Positions 1-11,837 of a stretch of 64,000 nt of DNA are shown here, piece by piece. This stretch comes from the human T2T-CHM13v2.0 reference genome, Homo sapiens, in NCBI GenBank assembly GCA_009914755.4, contig CP068257.2, forward strand, positions 832,001-896,000, written 5' to 3'. How positions within the stretch are numbered: position 1 is the first letter of the stretch; each line of letters starts with the position of its first letter. The translations under genes and the position numbers were made by a program. Below the pieces are notes generated by a model. It was not told where the DNA came from and did no database searches. It worked only from the letters and a program-made list of their open reading frames with translations.

Positions 1-913
1 TACACGGCATTGTGACTTATCACTGCACTGATCACCCAGGCGATACAACTCTTGTCTAGGCTCTGCCTACAATGGTCTTGTGACATATCTCTGCACTGAT
101 CACCCAGGTGATATAACTCTTCTCTAGGATCTGACCACGGGGTGCTTTGTGAAATATCCCTGCAATGATCACCCAGGTGATATACCACTTGCCAAGGCTC
201 TGCTTACAGGGGCATTGCAATGTATCTCTGCACTGATCACCTAGGTCTTGTAGCTATTTTCTAGGATCTGCCTACAGGGTGCTTTGTGACGTGTCCCAGC
301 AAAGATTACCCAGGTGATGTACCTCTCACCAAGGCTCTGCCTACAGGCACATTGCGATATATCTCTGCACTGATCACCTAGGTCATGTAACTTTTGTCTA
401 GGCTCTACCTACGATGGTATTGTGACATATCTCTGCACTAATCATCCAAGTGATGTAACACTTGTCTAGGATGTGCCTAAATTAACTTTTTGACATAACC
501 CTGTACTGATCATCCAGGTGATGGGGCTTTTGTCTAGGCTCTGCCTAAGGGGGCATTGTGACATATTTGTGCATTGATCACCCAGGTGGCGAACTCTTCT
601 CTCGGATCTGCCTATGGGGGCATTGTGAGAAATCTCTGCACTGATAACCCAGGTGATGTAACTGTTGTGTAACCTCTGCCTACAGGGGAATTGTGAGAGA
701 TCTCCCCACTGATTACCCAAGTGATGTAACCATTGTCCAGGCTTTGCGTACAGGGGGCTTTGTGACATACCTTTGCACTGATCACCCAGGTGATGTAACA
801 CATCTAAGTTCGGCCTAAAGGAGCTTTGTGACACATCTCTGCACTGATCACTTAGGTGATGTAACACTTTTATAATCACTGCCTACAGGGAATTTTGACA
901 AATCTCTGCACTG

Positions 914-927
914 ATCACCTAGGTGAT
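914..927. other. Perfect 14-bp palindrome ATCACCTAGGTGAT (AvrII site at its centre), the variant form of the core in monomers 4, 6, 13 and 14 of each HOR
   Basis: read directly at 911-930 (ctgatcacctaggtgatgta). Confidence 0.8.
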
Positions 928-1450
928 GTAACTCTTGTCTACCCTCTGTCCAACGGGGCATTGTGAAATATCTCAGCACTGAACACCCAGGTGATTCAAC
1001 TCTTGACTAGGAACTGCCTACAGAGGTTATTGTGAAATATCTCTGCACTGATAAACTAGGTGGTGTAACCCTTGTCCAAGCTCTGCCTACAGGGGCGTTT
1101 CCACATATCCCTGAACTGATGACAAAGGTGATGTAACTCTTGCCTAGGCTTTGCCTACAGGGACATTGGACATATATCTGCACTGATCACCCAGGAGATG
1201 CAACTCTTGCCTAGGCTTTGCCTACAGGGTACTCTGTGACATATCTCTTCAATGACCACTCATGTGATGCATCTCTTGCCTAGGCTTTGCCAACAGGGGA
1301 CATTGTGACATATCTCTGCACTGATCTCCCTGGTACTGTAACTTTAGTCTAGGCTCTGGCTACACGGCATTGTGACATATCACTGCACTGATCAACCAGG
1401 TTATATAACTCTTGTATAGGCTCTGCCTACAGGGGGCTTGTGACCTACCT

Positions 1451-1519
1451 CTGCACTGATCACCCAGGTGATATAACTCTTCTCTAGGATCTGCCTACAG
1501 GGTGCTTTGTGACATATCC
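1451..1519. repeat. Representative single monomer (69 bp), monomer 22 of HOR unit 1, close to the array consensus
   Basis: ctgcactgat begins at 1451 and again at 1520. Confidence 0.85.
1457..1472. other. Example of the conserved per-monomer dyad core TGATCACCCAGGTGAT. It has arms ATCACC/GGTGAT and contains the E-box CAGGTG plus CCAGG and a BclI site. It recurs about 29 times per HOR and about 940 times in the window.
   Basis: read directly; ATCACC is the reverse complement of GGTGAT. Confidence 0.8.
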
Positions 1520-1973
1520 CTGCACTGATCACCCAGGTGACCTAACTCTGGTCTAAGCTCTGCCTAAAGGGGCATTGTGACAGATCTCTGCACTGATCAC
1601 TCAGGTGATGTAACTATTGTCTAGGCTCTGCTTAAAGGGGCCTTGTCACATATCCCTGCACTGATCACCCAGGTGATGTAACTCTTGTCTAGGCTCTGCT
1701 TCCAGGGCATATTGTGACATAACTATGCACTGATCACCTTAGTGATTTAACACTTGTGTAGGCTCGGCCTACAGAGGAATCTTGACATATCTCTGAACTG
1801 TTAAACGAGGTGATTTAACTCTTGTCTAGGCTGTGCCCACAGGGGGATTGAGACATATCTCTGCACTGATCCCGAGGTGATCCAACTCTTGCCTGGTCTC
1901 TGCCTACTGGGGACATTGTGACATATCTCTGCACTGATCTCCCAGGTGCTGTAAATTTTGTCTAGGCTCTGGC

Positions 1974-3946
1974 TACACGGCATTGTGACTTATCACTGCA
2001 CTGATCACCCAGGCGATACAACTATTGTCTAGGCTCTGCCTACAATGGTCTTGTGACATATCTCTGCACTGATCACCCAGGTGATATAACTCTTCTCTAG
2101 GATCTGACCACGGGGTGCTTTGTGAAATATCCCTGCAATGAGCACCCAGGTGATATACCACTTGCCAAGGCTCTGCTTACAGGGGCATTGCAATGTATCT
2201 CTGCACTGATCACCTAGGTCTTGTAGCTATTTTCTAGGATCTGCCTACAGGGGGCTTTGTGACGTGTCCCAGCAAGGATTACCCAGGTGATGTACCTCTC
2301 ATCAAGGCTCTGCCTACAGGCACATTGCGATATATCTCTGCACTGATCACCTAGGTCACGTAACTTTTGTCTAGGCTCTACCTACGATGGTATTGTGACA
2401 TATCTCTGCACTAATCATCCAAGTGATGTAACACTTGTCTAGGATGTGCCTAAATTAACTTTTTGACATAACCCTGTACTGATCATCCAGGTGATGGGGC
2501 TTTTGTCTAGGCTCTGCCTAAGGGGGCATTGTGACATATTTGTGCATTGATCACCCAGGTGGCGAACTCTTCTCTCGGATCTGCCTATGGGGGCATTGTG
2601 AGAAATCTCTGCACTGATCACCCAGGTGATGTAACTGTTGTGTAACCTCTGCCTACAGGGGAATTGTGAGAGATCTCCCCACTGATTACCCAAGTGATGT
2701 AACCATTGTCCAGGCTTTGCGTACAGGGGGCTTTGTGACATACCTTTGCACTGATCACCCAGGTGATGTAACACATCTAAGTTCGGCCTAAAGGAGCTTT
2801 GTGACACATCTCTGCACTGATCACTTAGGTGATGTAACACTTTTATAATCACTGCCTACAGGGAATTTTGACAAATCTCTGCACTGATCACCTAGGTGAT
2901 GTAACTCTTGTCTACCCTCTGTCCAACGGGGCATTGTGAAATATCTCAGCACTGAACACCCAGGTGATTCAACTCTTGACTAGGAACTGCCTACAGAGGT
3001 TATTGTGAAATATCTCTGCACTGATAAACTAGGTGGTGTAACCCTTGTCCAAGCTCTGCCTACAGGGGCGTTTCCACATATCCCTGAACTGATGACAAAG
3101 GTGATGTAACTCTTGCCTAGGCTTTGCCTACAGGGACATTGGACATATATCTGCACTGATCACCCAGGAGATGCAACTCTTGCCTAGGCTTTGCCTACAG
3201 GGTACTCTGTGACATATCTCTTCAATGACCACTCATGTGATGCATCTCTTGCCTAGGCTTTGCCAACAGGGGACATTGTGACATATCTCTGCACTGATCT
3301 CCCTGGTACTGTAACTTTAGTCTAGGCTCTGGCTACACGGCATTGTGACATATCACTGCACTGATCAACCAGGTTATATAACTCTTGTATAGGCTCTGCC
3401 TACAGGGGGCTTGTGACCTACCTCTGCACTGATCACCCAGGTGATATAACTCTTCTCTAGGATCTGCCTACAGGGTGCTTTGTGACATATCCCTGCACTG
3501 ATCACCCAGGTGACCTAACTCTGGTCTAAGCTCTGCCTAAAGGGGCATTGTGACAGATCTCTGCACTGATCACTCAGGTGATGTAACTATTGTCTAGGCT
3601 CTGCTTAAAGGGGCCTTGTCACATATCCCTGCACTGATCACCCAGGTGATGTAACTCTTGTCTAGGCTCTGCTTCCAGGGCATATTGTGACATAACTATG
3701 CACTGATCACCTTAGTGATTTAACACTTGTGTAGGCTCGGCCTACAGAGGAATCTTGACATATCTCTGAACTGTTAAACGAGGTGATTTAACTCTTGTCT
3801 AGGCTGTGCCCACAGGGGGATTGAGACATATCTCTGCACTGATCCCGAGGTGATCCAACTCTTGCCTGGTCTCTGCCTACTGGGGACATTGTGACATATC
3901 TCTGCACTGATCTCCCAGGTGCTGTAAATTTTGTCTAGGCTCTGGC
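1974..3946. repeat. HOR unit 2 (A), 1973 bp
   Basis: tacacgg at 1974; ORF-track peptides repeat at +1973. Confidence 0.9.
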
Positions 3947-5919
3947 TACACGGCATTGTGACTTATCACTGCACTGATCACCCAGGCGATACAACTATTG
4001 TCTAGGCTCTGCCTACAATGGTCTTGTGACATATCTCTGCACTGATCACCCAGGTGATATAACTCTTCTCTAGGATCTGACCACGGGGTGCTTTGTGAAA
4101 TATCCCTGCAATGAGCACCCAGGTGATATACCACTTGCCAAGGCTCTGCTTACAGGGGCATTGCAATGTATCTCTGCACTGATCACCTAGGTCTTGTAGC
4201 TATTTTCTAGGATCTGCCTACAGGGGGCTTTGTGACGTGTCCCAGCAAGGATTACCCAGGTGATGTACCTCTCATCAAGGCTCTGCCTACAGGCACATTG
4301 CGATATATCTCTGCACTGATCACCTAGGTCACGTAACTTTTGTCTAGGCTCTACCTACGATGGTATTGTGACATATCTCTGCACTAATCATCCAAGTGAT
4401 GTAACACTTGTCTAGGATGTGCCTAAATTAACTTTTTGACATAACCCTGTACTGATCATCCAGGTGATGGGGCTTTTGTCTAGGCTCTGCCTAAGGGGGC
4501 ATTGTGACATATTTGTGCATTGATCACCCAGGTGGCGAACTCTTCTCTCGGATCTGCCTATGGGGGCATTGTGAGAAATCTCTGCACTGATCACCCAGGT
4601 GATGTAACTGTTGTGTAACCTCTGCCTACAGGGGAATTGTGAGAGATCTCCCCACTGATTACCCAAGTGATGTAACCATTGTCTAGGCTTTGCGTACAGG
4701 GGGCTTTGTGACATACCTTTGCACTGATCACCCAGGTGATGTAACACATCTAAGTTCGGCCTAAAGGAGCTTTGTGACACATCTCTGCACTGATCACTTA
4801 GGTGATGTAACACTTTTATAATCACTGCCTACAGGGAATTTTGACAAATCTCTGCACTGATCACCTAGGTGATGTAACTCTTGTCTACCCTCTGTCCAAC
4901 GGGGCATTGTGAAATATCTCAGCACTGAACACCCAGGTGATTCAACTCTTGACTAGGAACTGCCTACAGAGGTTATTGTGAAATATCTCTGCACTGATAA
5001 ACTAGGTGGTGTAACCCTTGTCCAAGCTCTGCCTACAGGGGCGTTTCCACATATCCCTGAACTGATGACAAAGGTGATGTAACTCTTGCCTAGGCTTTGC
5101 CTCCAGGGACATTGGACATATATCTGCACTGATCACCCAGGTGATGCAACTCTTGCCTAGGCTTTGCCTACAGGGTACTCTGTGACATATCTCTTCAATG
5201 ACCACTCATGTGATGCATCTCTTGCCTAGGCTTTGCCAACAGGGGACATTGTGACATATCTCTGCACTGATCTCCCTGGTACTGTAACTTTAGTCTAGGC
5301 TCTGGCTACACAGCATTGTGACATATCACTGCACTGATCAACCAGGTTATATAACTCTTGTATAGGCTCTGCCTACAGGGGGCTTGTGACCTACCTCTGC
5401 ACTGATCACCCAGGTGATATAACTCTTCTCTAGGATCTGCCTACAGGGTGCTTTGTGACATATCCCTGCACTGATCACCCAGGTGACCTAACTCTGGTCT
5501 AAGCTCTGCCTAAAGGGGCATTGTGACAGATCTCTGCACTGATCACTCAGGTGATGTAACTATTGTCTAGGCTCTGCTTAAAGGGGCCTTGTCACATATC
5601 CCTGCACTGATCACCCAGGTGATGTAACTCTTGTCTAGGCTCTGCTTCCAGGGCATATTGTGACATAACTATGCACTGATCGCCTTAGTGATTTAACACT
5701 TGTGTAGGCTCGGCCTACAGAGGAATCTTGACATATCTCTGCACTGTTAAACGAGGTGATTTAACTCTTGTCTAGGCTGTGCCCACAGGGGGATTGAGAC
5801 ATATCTCTGCACTGATCCCCAGGTGATCCAACTCTTGCCTGGTCTCTGCCTACTGTGGACATTGTGACATATCTCTGCACTGATCTCCCAGGTGCTGTAA
5901 ATTTTGTCTAGGCTCTGGC
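3947..5919. repeat. HOR unit 3 (A), 1973 bp
   Basis: tacacgg at 3947; ORF periodicity. Confidence 0.9.
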
Positions 5920-7891
5920 TACACGGCATTGTGACTTATCACTGCACTGATCACCCAGGCGATACAACTCTTGTCTAGGCTCTGCCTACAATGGTCTTGT
6001 GATATATCTCTGCACTGATCACCCAGGTGATATAACTCTTCTCTAGGATCTGACCACGGGGTGCTTTGTGACATATCCCTGCAATGATCACCCAGGTGAT
6101 ATACCACTTGCCAAGGCTCTGCTTACAGGGGCATTGCAATGTATCTCTGCACTGATCACCTAGGTCTTGTAGCTATTTTCTAGGATCTGCCTACAGGGTG
6201 CTTTGTGACGGGTACCAGCAAGGATTACCCAGGTGATGTACCTCTCATCAAGGCTCTGCCTACAGGCACATTGCGATATATCTCTGCACTGATCACCAAG
6301 GTCACGTAACTTTCGTCTAGGCTCTACCTACGATGGTATTGTGACATATCTCTGCACTAATCATCCAAGTGATGTAACACTTGTCTAGGATGTGCCTAAA
6401 TTAACTTTTTGACATAACCCTGTACTGATCATCCAGGTGATGGGGCTTTTGTCTAGGCTCTGCCTAAGGGGGCATTGTGACATATTTCTGCATTGATCAC
6501 CCAGGTGGCGAACTCTTCTCTCGGATCTGCCTATGGGGGCATTGGGAGAAATCTCTGCACTGATCACCCAGGTGATGTAACTGTTGTGTAACCTCTGCCT
6601 ACAGGGGAATTGTGAGAGATCTCCCCACTGATTACCCAAGTGATGTAACCATTGTCTAGGCTTTGCGTACAGGGGGCTTTGTGACATACCTTTGCACTGA
6701 TCAACCAGGTGATGTAACACATCTAAGTTCGGCCTAAAGGAGCTTTGTGACACATATCTGCACTGATCACTTAGGTGATGTAACACTTTTATAAGCACTG
6801 CCTACAGGGAATTTTGACAAATCTCTGCACTGATCACCTAGGTGATGTAACTCTTGTCTACCCTCTGTCCAACGGGGCATTGTGAAATATCTCAGCACTG
6901 AACACCCAGGTGATTCAACTCTTGACTAGGAACTGCCTACAGAGGTTATTGTGAAATATCTCTGCACTGATAAACTAGGTGGTGTAACCCTTGTCCAAGC
7001 TCTGCCTACAGGGGCGTTTCCACATATCCCTGAACTGATGACAAAGGTGATGTAACTCTTGCCTAGGCTTTGCCTACAGGGGCATTGGACATATATCTGT
7101 ACTGATCACCCAGGTGATGCAACTCTTGCCTAGGCTTTGCCTACAGGGGACACTGTGACATATCTCTTCAATGATCACTCATGTGATGCATCTCTTGCCT
7201 AGGCTTTGACAACAGGGGACATTGTGACATATCTCTGCACTGATCTCCCTGGTACTGTAACTTTAGTCTAGGCTCTGGCTACACGGCATTGTGACATATC
7301 ACTGCACTGATCAACCAGGTGATATAACTCTTGTATAGGCTCTGCCTACAGGGGGCTTGTGACCTACCTCTGCACTGATCACCCAGGTGATATAACTCTT
7401 CTCTAGGATCTGCCTACAGGGTGCTTTGTGACATATCCCTGCACTGATCACCCAGGTGACTAACTCTGGTCTAAGCTCTGCCTAAAGGGGCATTGTGACA
7501 GATCTCTGCACTGATCACTCAGGTGATGTAACTATTGTCTAGGCTCTGCTTAAAGGGGCCTTGTCACATATCCCTGCACTGATCACCCAGGTGATGTAAC
7601 TCTTGTCTAGGCTCTGCTTCCAGGGCATATTGTGACATAACTATGCACTGATCACCTTAGTGATTTAACACTTGTGTAGGCTCGGCCTACAGAGGAATCT
7701 TGACATATCTCTGAACTGTTAAACGAGGTGATTTAACTCTTGTCTAGGCTGTGCCCACAGGGGGATTGAGACATATCTCTGCACTGATCCCGAGGTGATC
7801 CAACTCTTGCCTGGTCTCTGCCTACTGGGGACATTGTGACATATCTCTGCACTGATCTCCCAGGTGCTGTAAATTTTGTCTAGGCTCTGGC
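5920..7891. repeat. HOR unit 4 (A), 1972 bp, with a 1-bp deletion near 7459 (gtgactaactc instead of gtgacctaactc)
   Basis: tacacgg at 5920 and 7892; variant read directly. Confidence 0.85.
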
Positions 7892-9864
7892 TACACGGCA
7901 TTGTGACTTATCACTGCACTGATCACCCAGGCGATACAACTCTTGTCTAGGCTCTGCCTACAATGGTCTTGTGACATATCTCTGCACTGATCACCCAGGT
8001 GATATAACTCTTCTCTAGGATCTGACCACGGGGTGCTTTGTGAAATATCCCTGCAATGATCACCCAGGTGATATACCACTTGCCAAGGCTCTGCTTACAG
8101 GGGCATTGCAATGTATCTCTGCACTGATCACCTAGGTCTTGTAGCTATTTTCTAGGATCTGCCTACAGGGTGCTTTGTGACGTGTCCCAGCAAAGATTAC
8201 CCAGGTGATGTACCTCTCACCAAGGCTCTGCCTACAGGCACATTGCGATATATCTCTGCACTGATCACCTAGGTCATGTAACTTTTGTCTAGGCTCTACC
8301 TACGATGGTATTGTGACATATCTCTGCACTAATCATCCAAGTGATGTAACACTTGTCTAGGATGTGCCTAAATTAACTTTTTGACATAACCCTGTACTGA
8401 TCATCCAGGTGATGGGGCTTTTGTCTAGGCTCTGCCTAAGGGGGCATTGTGACATATTTGTGCATTGATCACCCAGGTGGCGAACTCTTCTCTCGGATCT
8501 GCCTATGGGGGCATTGTGAGAAATCTCTGCACTGATAACCCAGGTGATGTAACTGTTGTGTAACCTCTGCCTACAGGGGAATTGTGAGAGATCTCCCCAC
8601 TGATTACCCAAGTGATGTAACCATTGTCCAGGCTTTGCGTACAGGGGGCTTTGTGACATACCTTTGCACTGATCACCCAGGTGATGTAACACATCTAAGT
8701 TCGGCCTAAAGGAGCTTTGTGACACATCTCTGCACTGATCACTTAGGTGATGTAACACTTTTATAATCACTGCCTACAGGGAATTTTGACAAATCTCTGC
8801 ACTGATCACCTAGGTGATGTAACTCTTGTCTACCCTCTGTCCAACGGGGCATTGTGAAATATCTCAGCACTGAACACCCAGGTGATTCAACTCTTGACTA
8901 GGAACTGCCTACAGAGGTTATTGTGAAATATCTCTGCACTGATAAACTAGGTGGTGTAACCCTTGTCCAAGCTCTGCCTACAGGGGCGTTTCCACATATC
9001 CCTGAACTGATGACAAAGGTGATGTAACTCTTGCCTAGGCTTTGCCTACAGGGACATTGGACATATATCTGCACTGATCACCCAGGTGATGCAACTCTTG
9101 CCTAGGCTTTGCCTACAGGGTACTCTGTGACATATCTCTTCAATGACCACTCATGTGATGCATCTCTTGCCTAGGCTTTGCCAACAGGGGACATTGTGAC
9201 ATATCTCTGCACTGATCTCCCTGGTACTGTAACTTTAGTCTAGGCTCTGGCTACACGGCATTGTGACATATCACTGCACTGATCAACCAGGTTATATAAC
9301 TCTTGTATAGGCTCTGCCTACAGGGGGCTTGTGACCTACCTCTGCACTGATCACCCAGGTGATATAACTCTTCTCTAGGATCTGCCTACAGGGTGCTTTG
9401 TGACATATCCCTGCACTGATCACCCAGGTGACCTAACTCTGGTCTAAGCTCTGCCTAAAGGGGCATTGTGACAGATCTCTGCACTGATCACTCAGGTGAT
9501 GTAACTATTGTCTAGGCTCTGCTTAAAGGGGCCTTGTCACATATCCCTGCACTGATCACCCAGGTGATGTAACTCTTGTCTAGGCTCTGCTTCCAGGGCA
9601 TATTGTGACATAACTATGCACTGATCACCTTAGTGATTTAACACTTGTGTAGGCTCGGCCTACAGAGGAATCTTGACATATCTCTGAACTGTTAAACGAG
9701 GTGATTTAACTCTTGTCTAGGCTGTGCCCACAGGGGGATTGAGACATATCTCTGCACTGATCCCGAGGTGATCCAACTCTTGCCTGGTCTCTGCCTACTG
9801 GGGACATTGTGACATATCTCTGCACTGATCTCCCAGGTGCTGTAAATTTTGTCTAGGCTCTGGC
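7892..9864. repeat. HOR unit 5 (A), 1973 bp; near-identical to unit 1 (shares ctgataaccc at 8531 and ccattgtccagg at 8631)
   Basis: 137-aa and 63-aa ORF peptides identical to those at 466 and 612. Confidence 0.9.
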
Positions 9865-11837
9865 TACACGGCATTGTGACTTATCACTGCACTGATCACC
9901 CAGGCGATACAACTCTTGTCTAGGCTCTGCCTACAATGGTCTTGTGACATATCTCTGCACTGATCACCCAGGTGATATAACTCTTCTCTAGGATCTGACC
10001 ACGGGGTGCTTTGTGAAATATCCCTGCAATGAGCACCCAGGTGATATACCACTTGCCAAGGCTCTGCTTACAGGGGCATTGCAATGTATCTCTGCACTGA
10101 TCACCTAGGTCTTGTAGCTATTTTCTAGGATCTGCCTACAGGGGGCTTTGTGACGTGTCCCAGCAAGGATTACCCAGGTGATGTACCTCTCATCAAGGCT
10201 CTGCCTACAGGCACATTGCGATATATCTCTGCACTGATCACCTAGGTCACGTAACTTTTGTCTAGGCTCTACCTACGATGGTATTGTGACATATCTCTGC
10301 ACTAATCATCCAAGTGATGTAACACTTGTCTAGGATGTGCCTAAATTAACTTTTTGACATAACCCTGTACTGATCATCCAGGTGATGGGGCTTTTGTCTA
10401 GGCTCTGCCTAAGGGGGCATTGTGACATATTTGTGCATTGATCACCCAGGTGGCGAACTCTTCTCTCGGATCTGCCTATGGGGGCATTGTGAGAAATCTC
10501 TGCACTGATCACCCAGGTGATGTAACTGTTGTGTAACCTCTGCCTACAGGGGAATTGTGAGAGATCTCCCCACTGATTACCCAAGTGATGTAACCATTGT
10601 CTAGGCTTTGCGTACAGGGGGCTTTGTGACATACCTTTGCACTGATCACCCAGGTGATGTAACACATCTAAGTTCGGCCTAAAGGAGCTTTGTGACACAT
10701 CTCTGCACTGATCACTTAGGTGATGTAACACTTTTATAATCACTGCCTACAGGGAATTTTGACAAATCTCTGCACTGATCACCTAGGTGATGTAACTCTT
10801 GTCTACCCTCTGTCCAACGGGGCATTGTGAAATATCTCAGCACTGAACACCCAGGTGATTCAACTCTTGACTAGGAACTGCCTACAGAGGTTATTGTGAA
10901 ATATCTCTGCACTGATAAACTAGGTGGTGTAACCCTTGTCCAAGCTCTGCCTACAGGGGCGTTTCCACATATCCCTGAACTGATGACAAAGGTGATGTAA
11001 CTCTTGCCTAGGCTTTGCCTCCAGGGACATTGGACATATATCTGCACTGATCACCCAGGTGATGCAACTCTTGCCTAGGCTTTGCCTACAGGGTACTCTG
11101 TGACATATCTCTTCAATGACCACTCATGTGATGCATCTCTTGCCTAGGCTTTGCCAACAGGGGACATTGTGACATATCTCTGCACTGATCTCCCTGGTAC
11201 TGTAACTTTAGTCTAGGCTCTGGCTACACAGCATTGTGACATATCACTGCACTGATCAACCAGGTTATATAACTCTTGTATAGGCTCTGCCTACAGGGGG
11301 CTTGTGACCTACCTCTGCACTGATCACCCAGGTGATATAACTCTTCTCTAGGATCTGCCTACAGGGTGCTTTGTGACATATCCCTGCACTGATCACCCAG
11401 GTGACCTAACTCTGGTCTAAGCTCTGCCTAAAGGGGCATTGTGACAGATCTCTGCACTGATCACTCAGGTGATGTAACTATTGTCTAGGCTCTGCTTAAA
11501 GGGGCCTTGTCACATATCCCTGCACTGATCACCCAGGTGATGTAACTCTTGTCTAGGCTCTGCTTCCAGGGCATATTGTGACATAACTATGCACTGATCA
11601 CCTTAGTGATTTAACACTTGTGTAGGCTCGGCCTACAGAGGAATCTTGACATATCTCTGCACTGTTAAACGAGGTGATTTAACTCTTGTCTAGGCTGTGC
11701 CCACAGGGGGATTGAGACATATCTCTGCACTGATCCCCAGGTGATCCAACTCTTGCCTGGTCTCTGCCTACTGTGGACATTGTGACATATCTCTGCACTG
11801 ATCTCCCAGGTGCTGTAAATTTTGTCTAGGCTCTGGC
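9865..11837. repeat. HOR unit 6 (A), 1973 bp; most similar to unit 3
   Basis: peptides at 10330 and 10920 are identical to those at 4412 and 5002. Confidence 0.9.

Larger units (their letters stand above)
1..1973. repeat. HOR unit 1 (family A), 1973 bp, 29 monomers
   Basis: 29 core occurrences counted by eye between 1 and 1973; phase set at the recurring tacacggcattgtgac. Confidence 0.9.
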
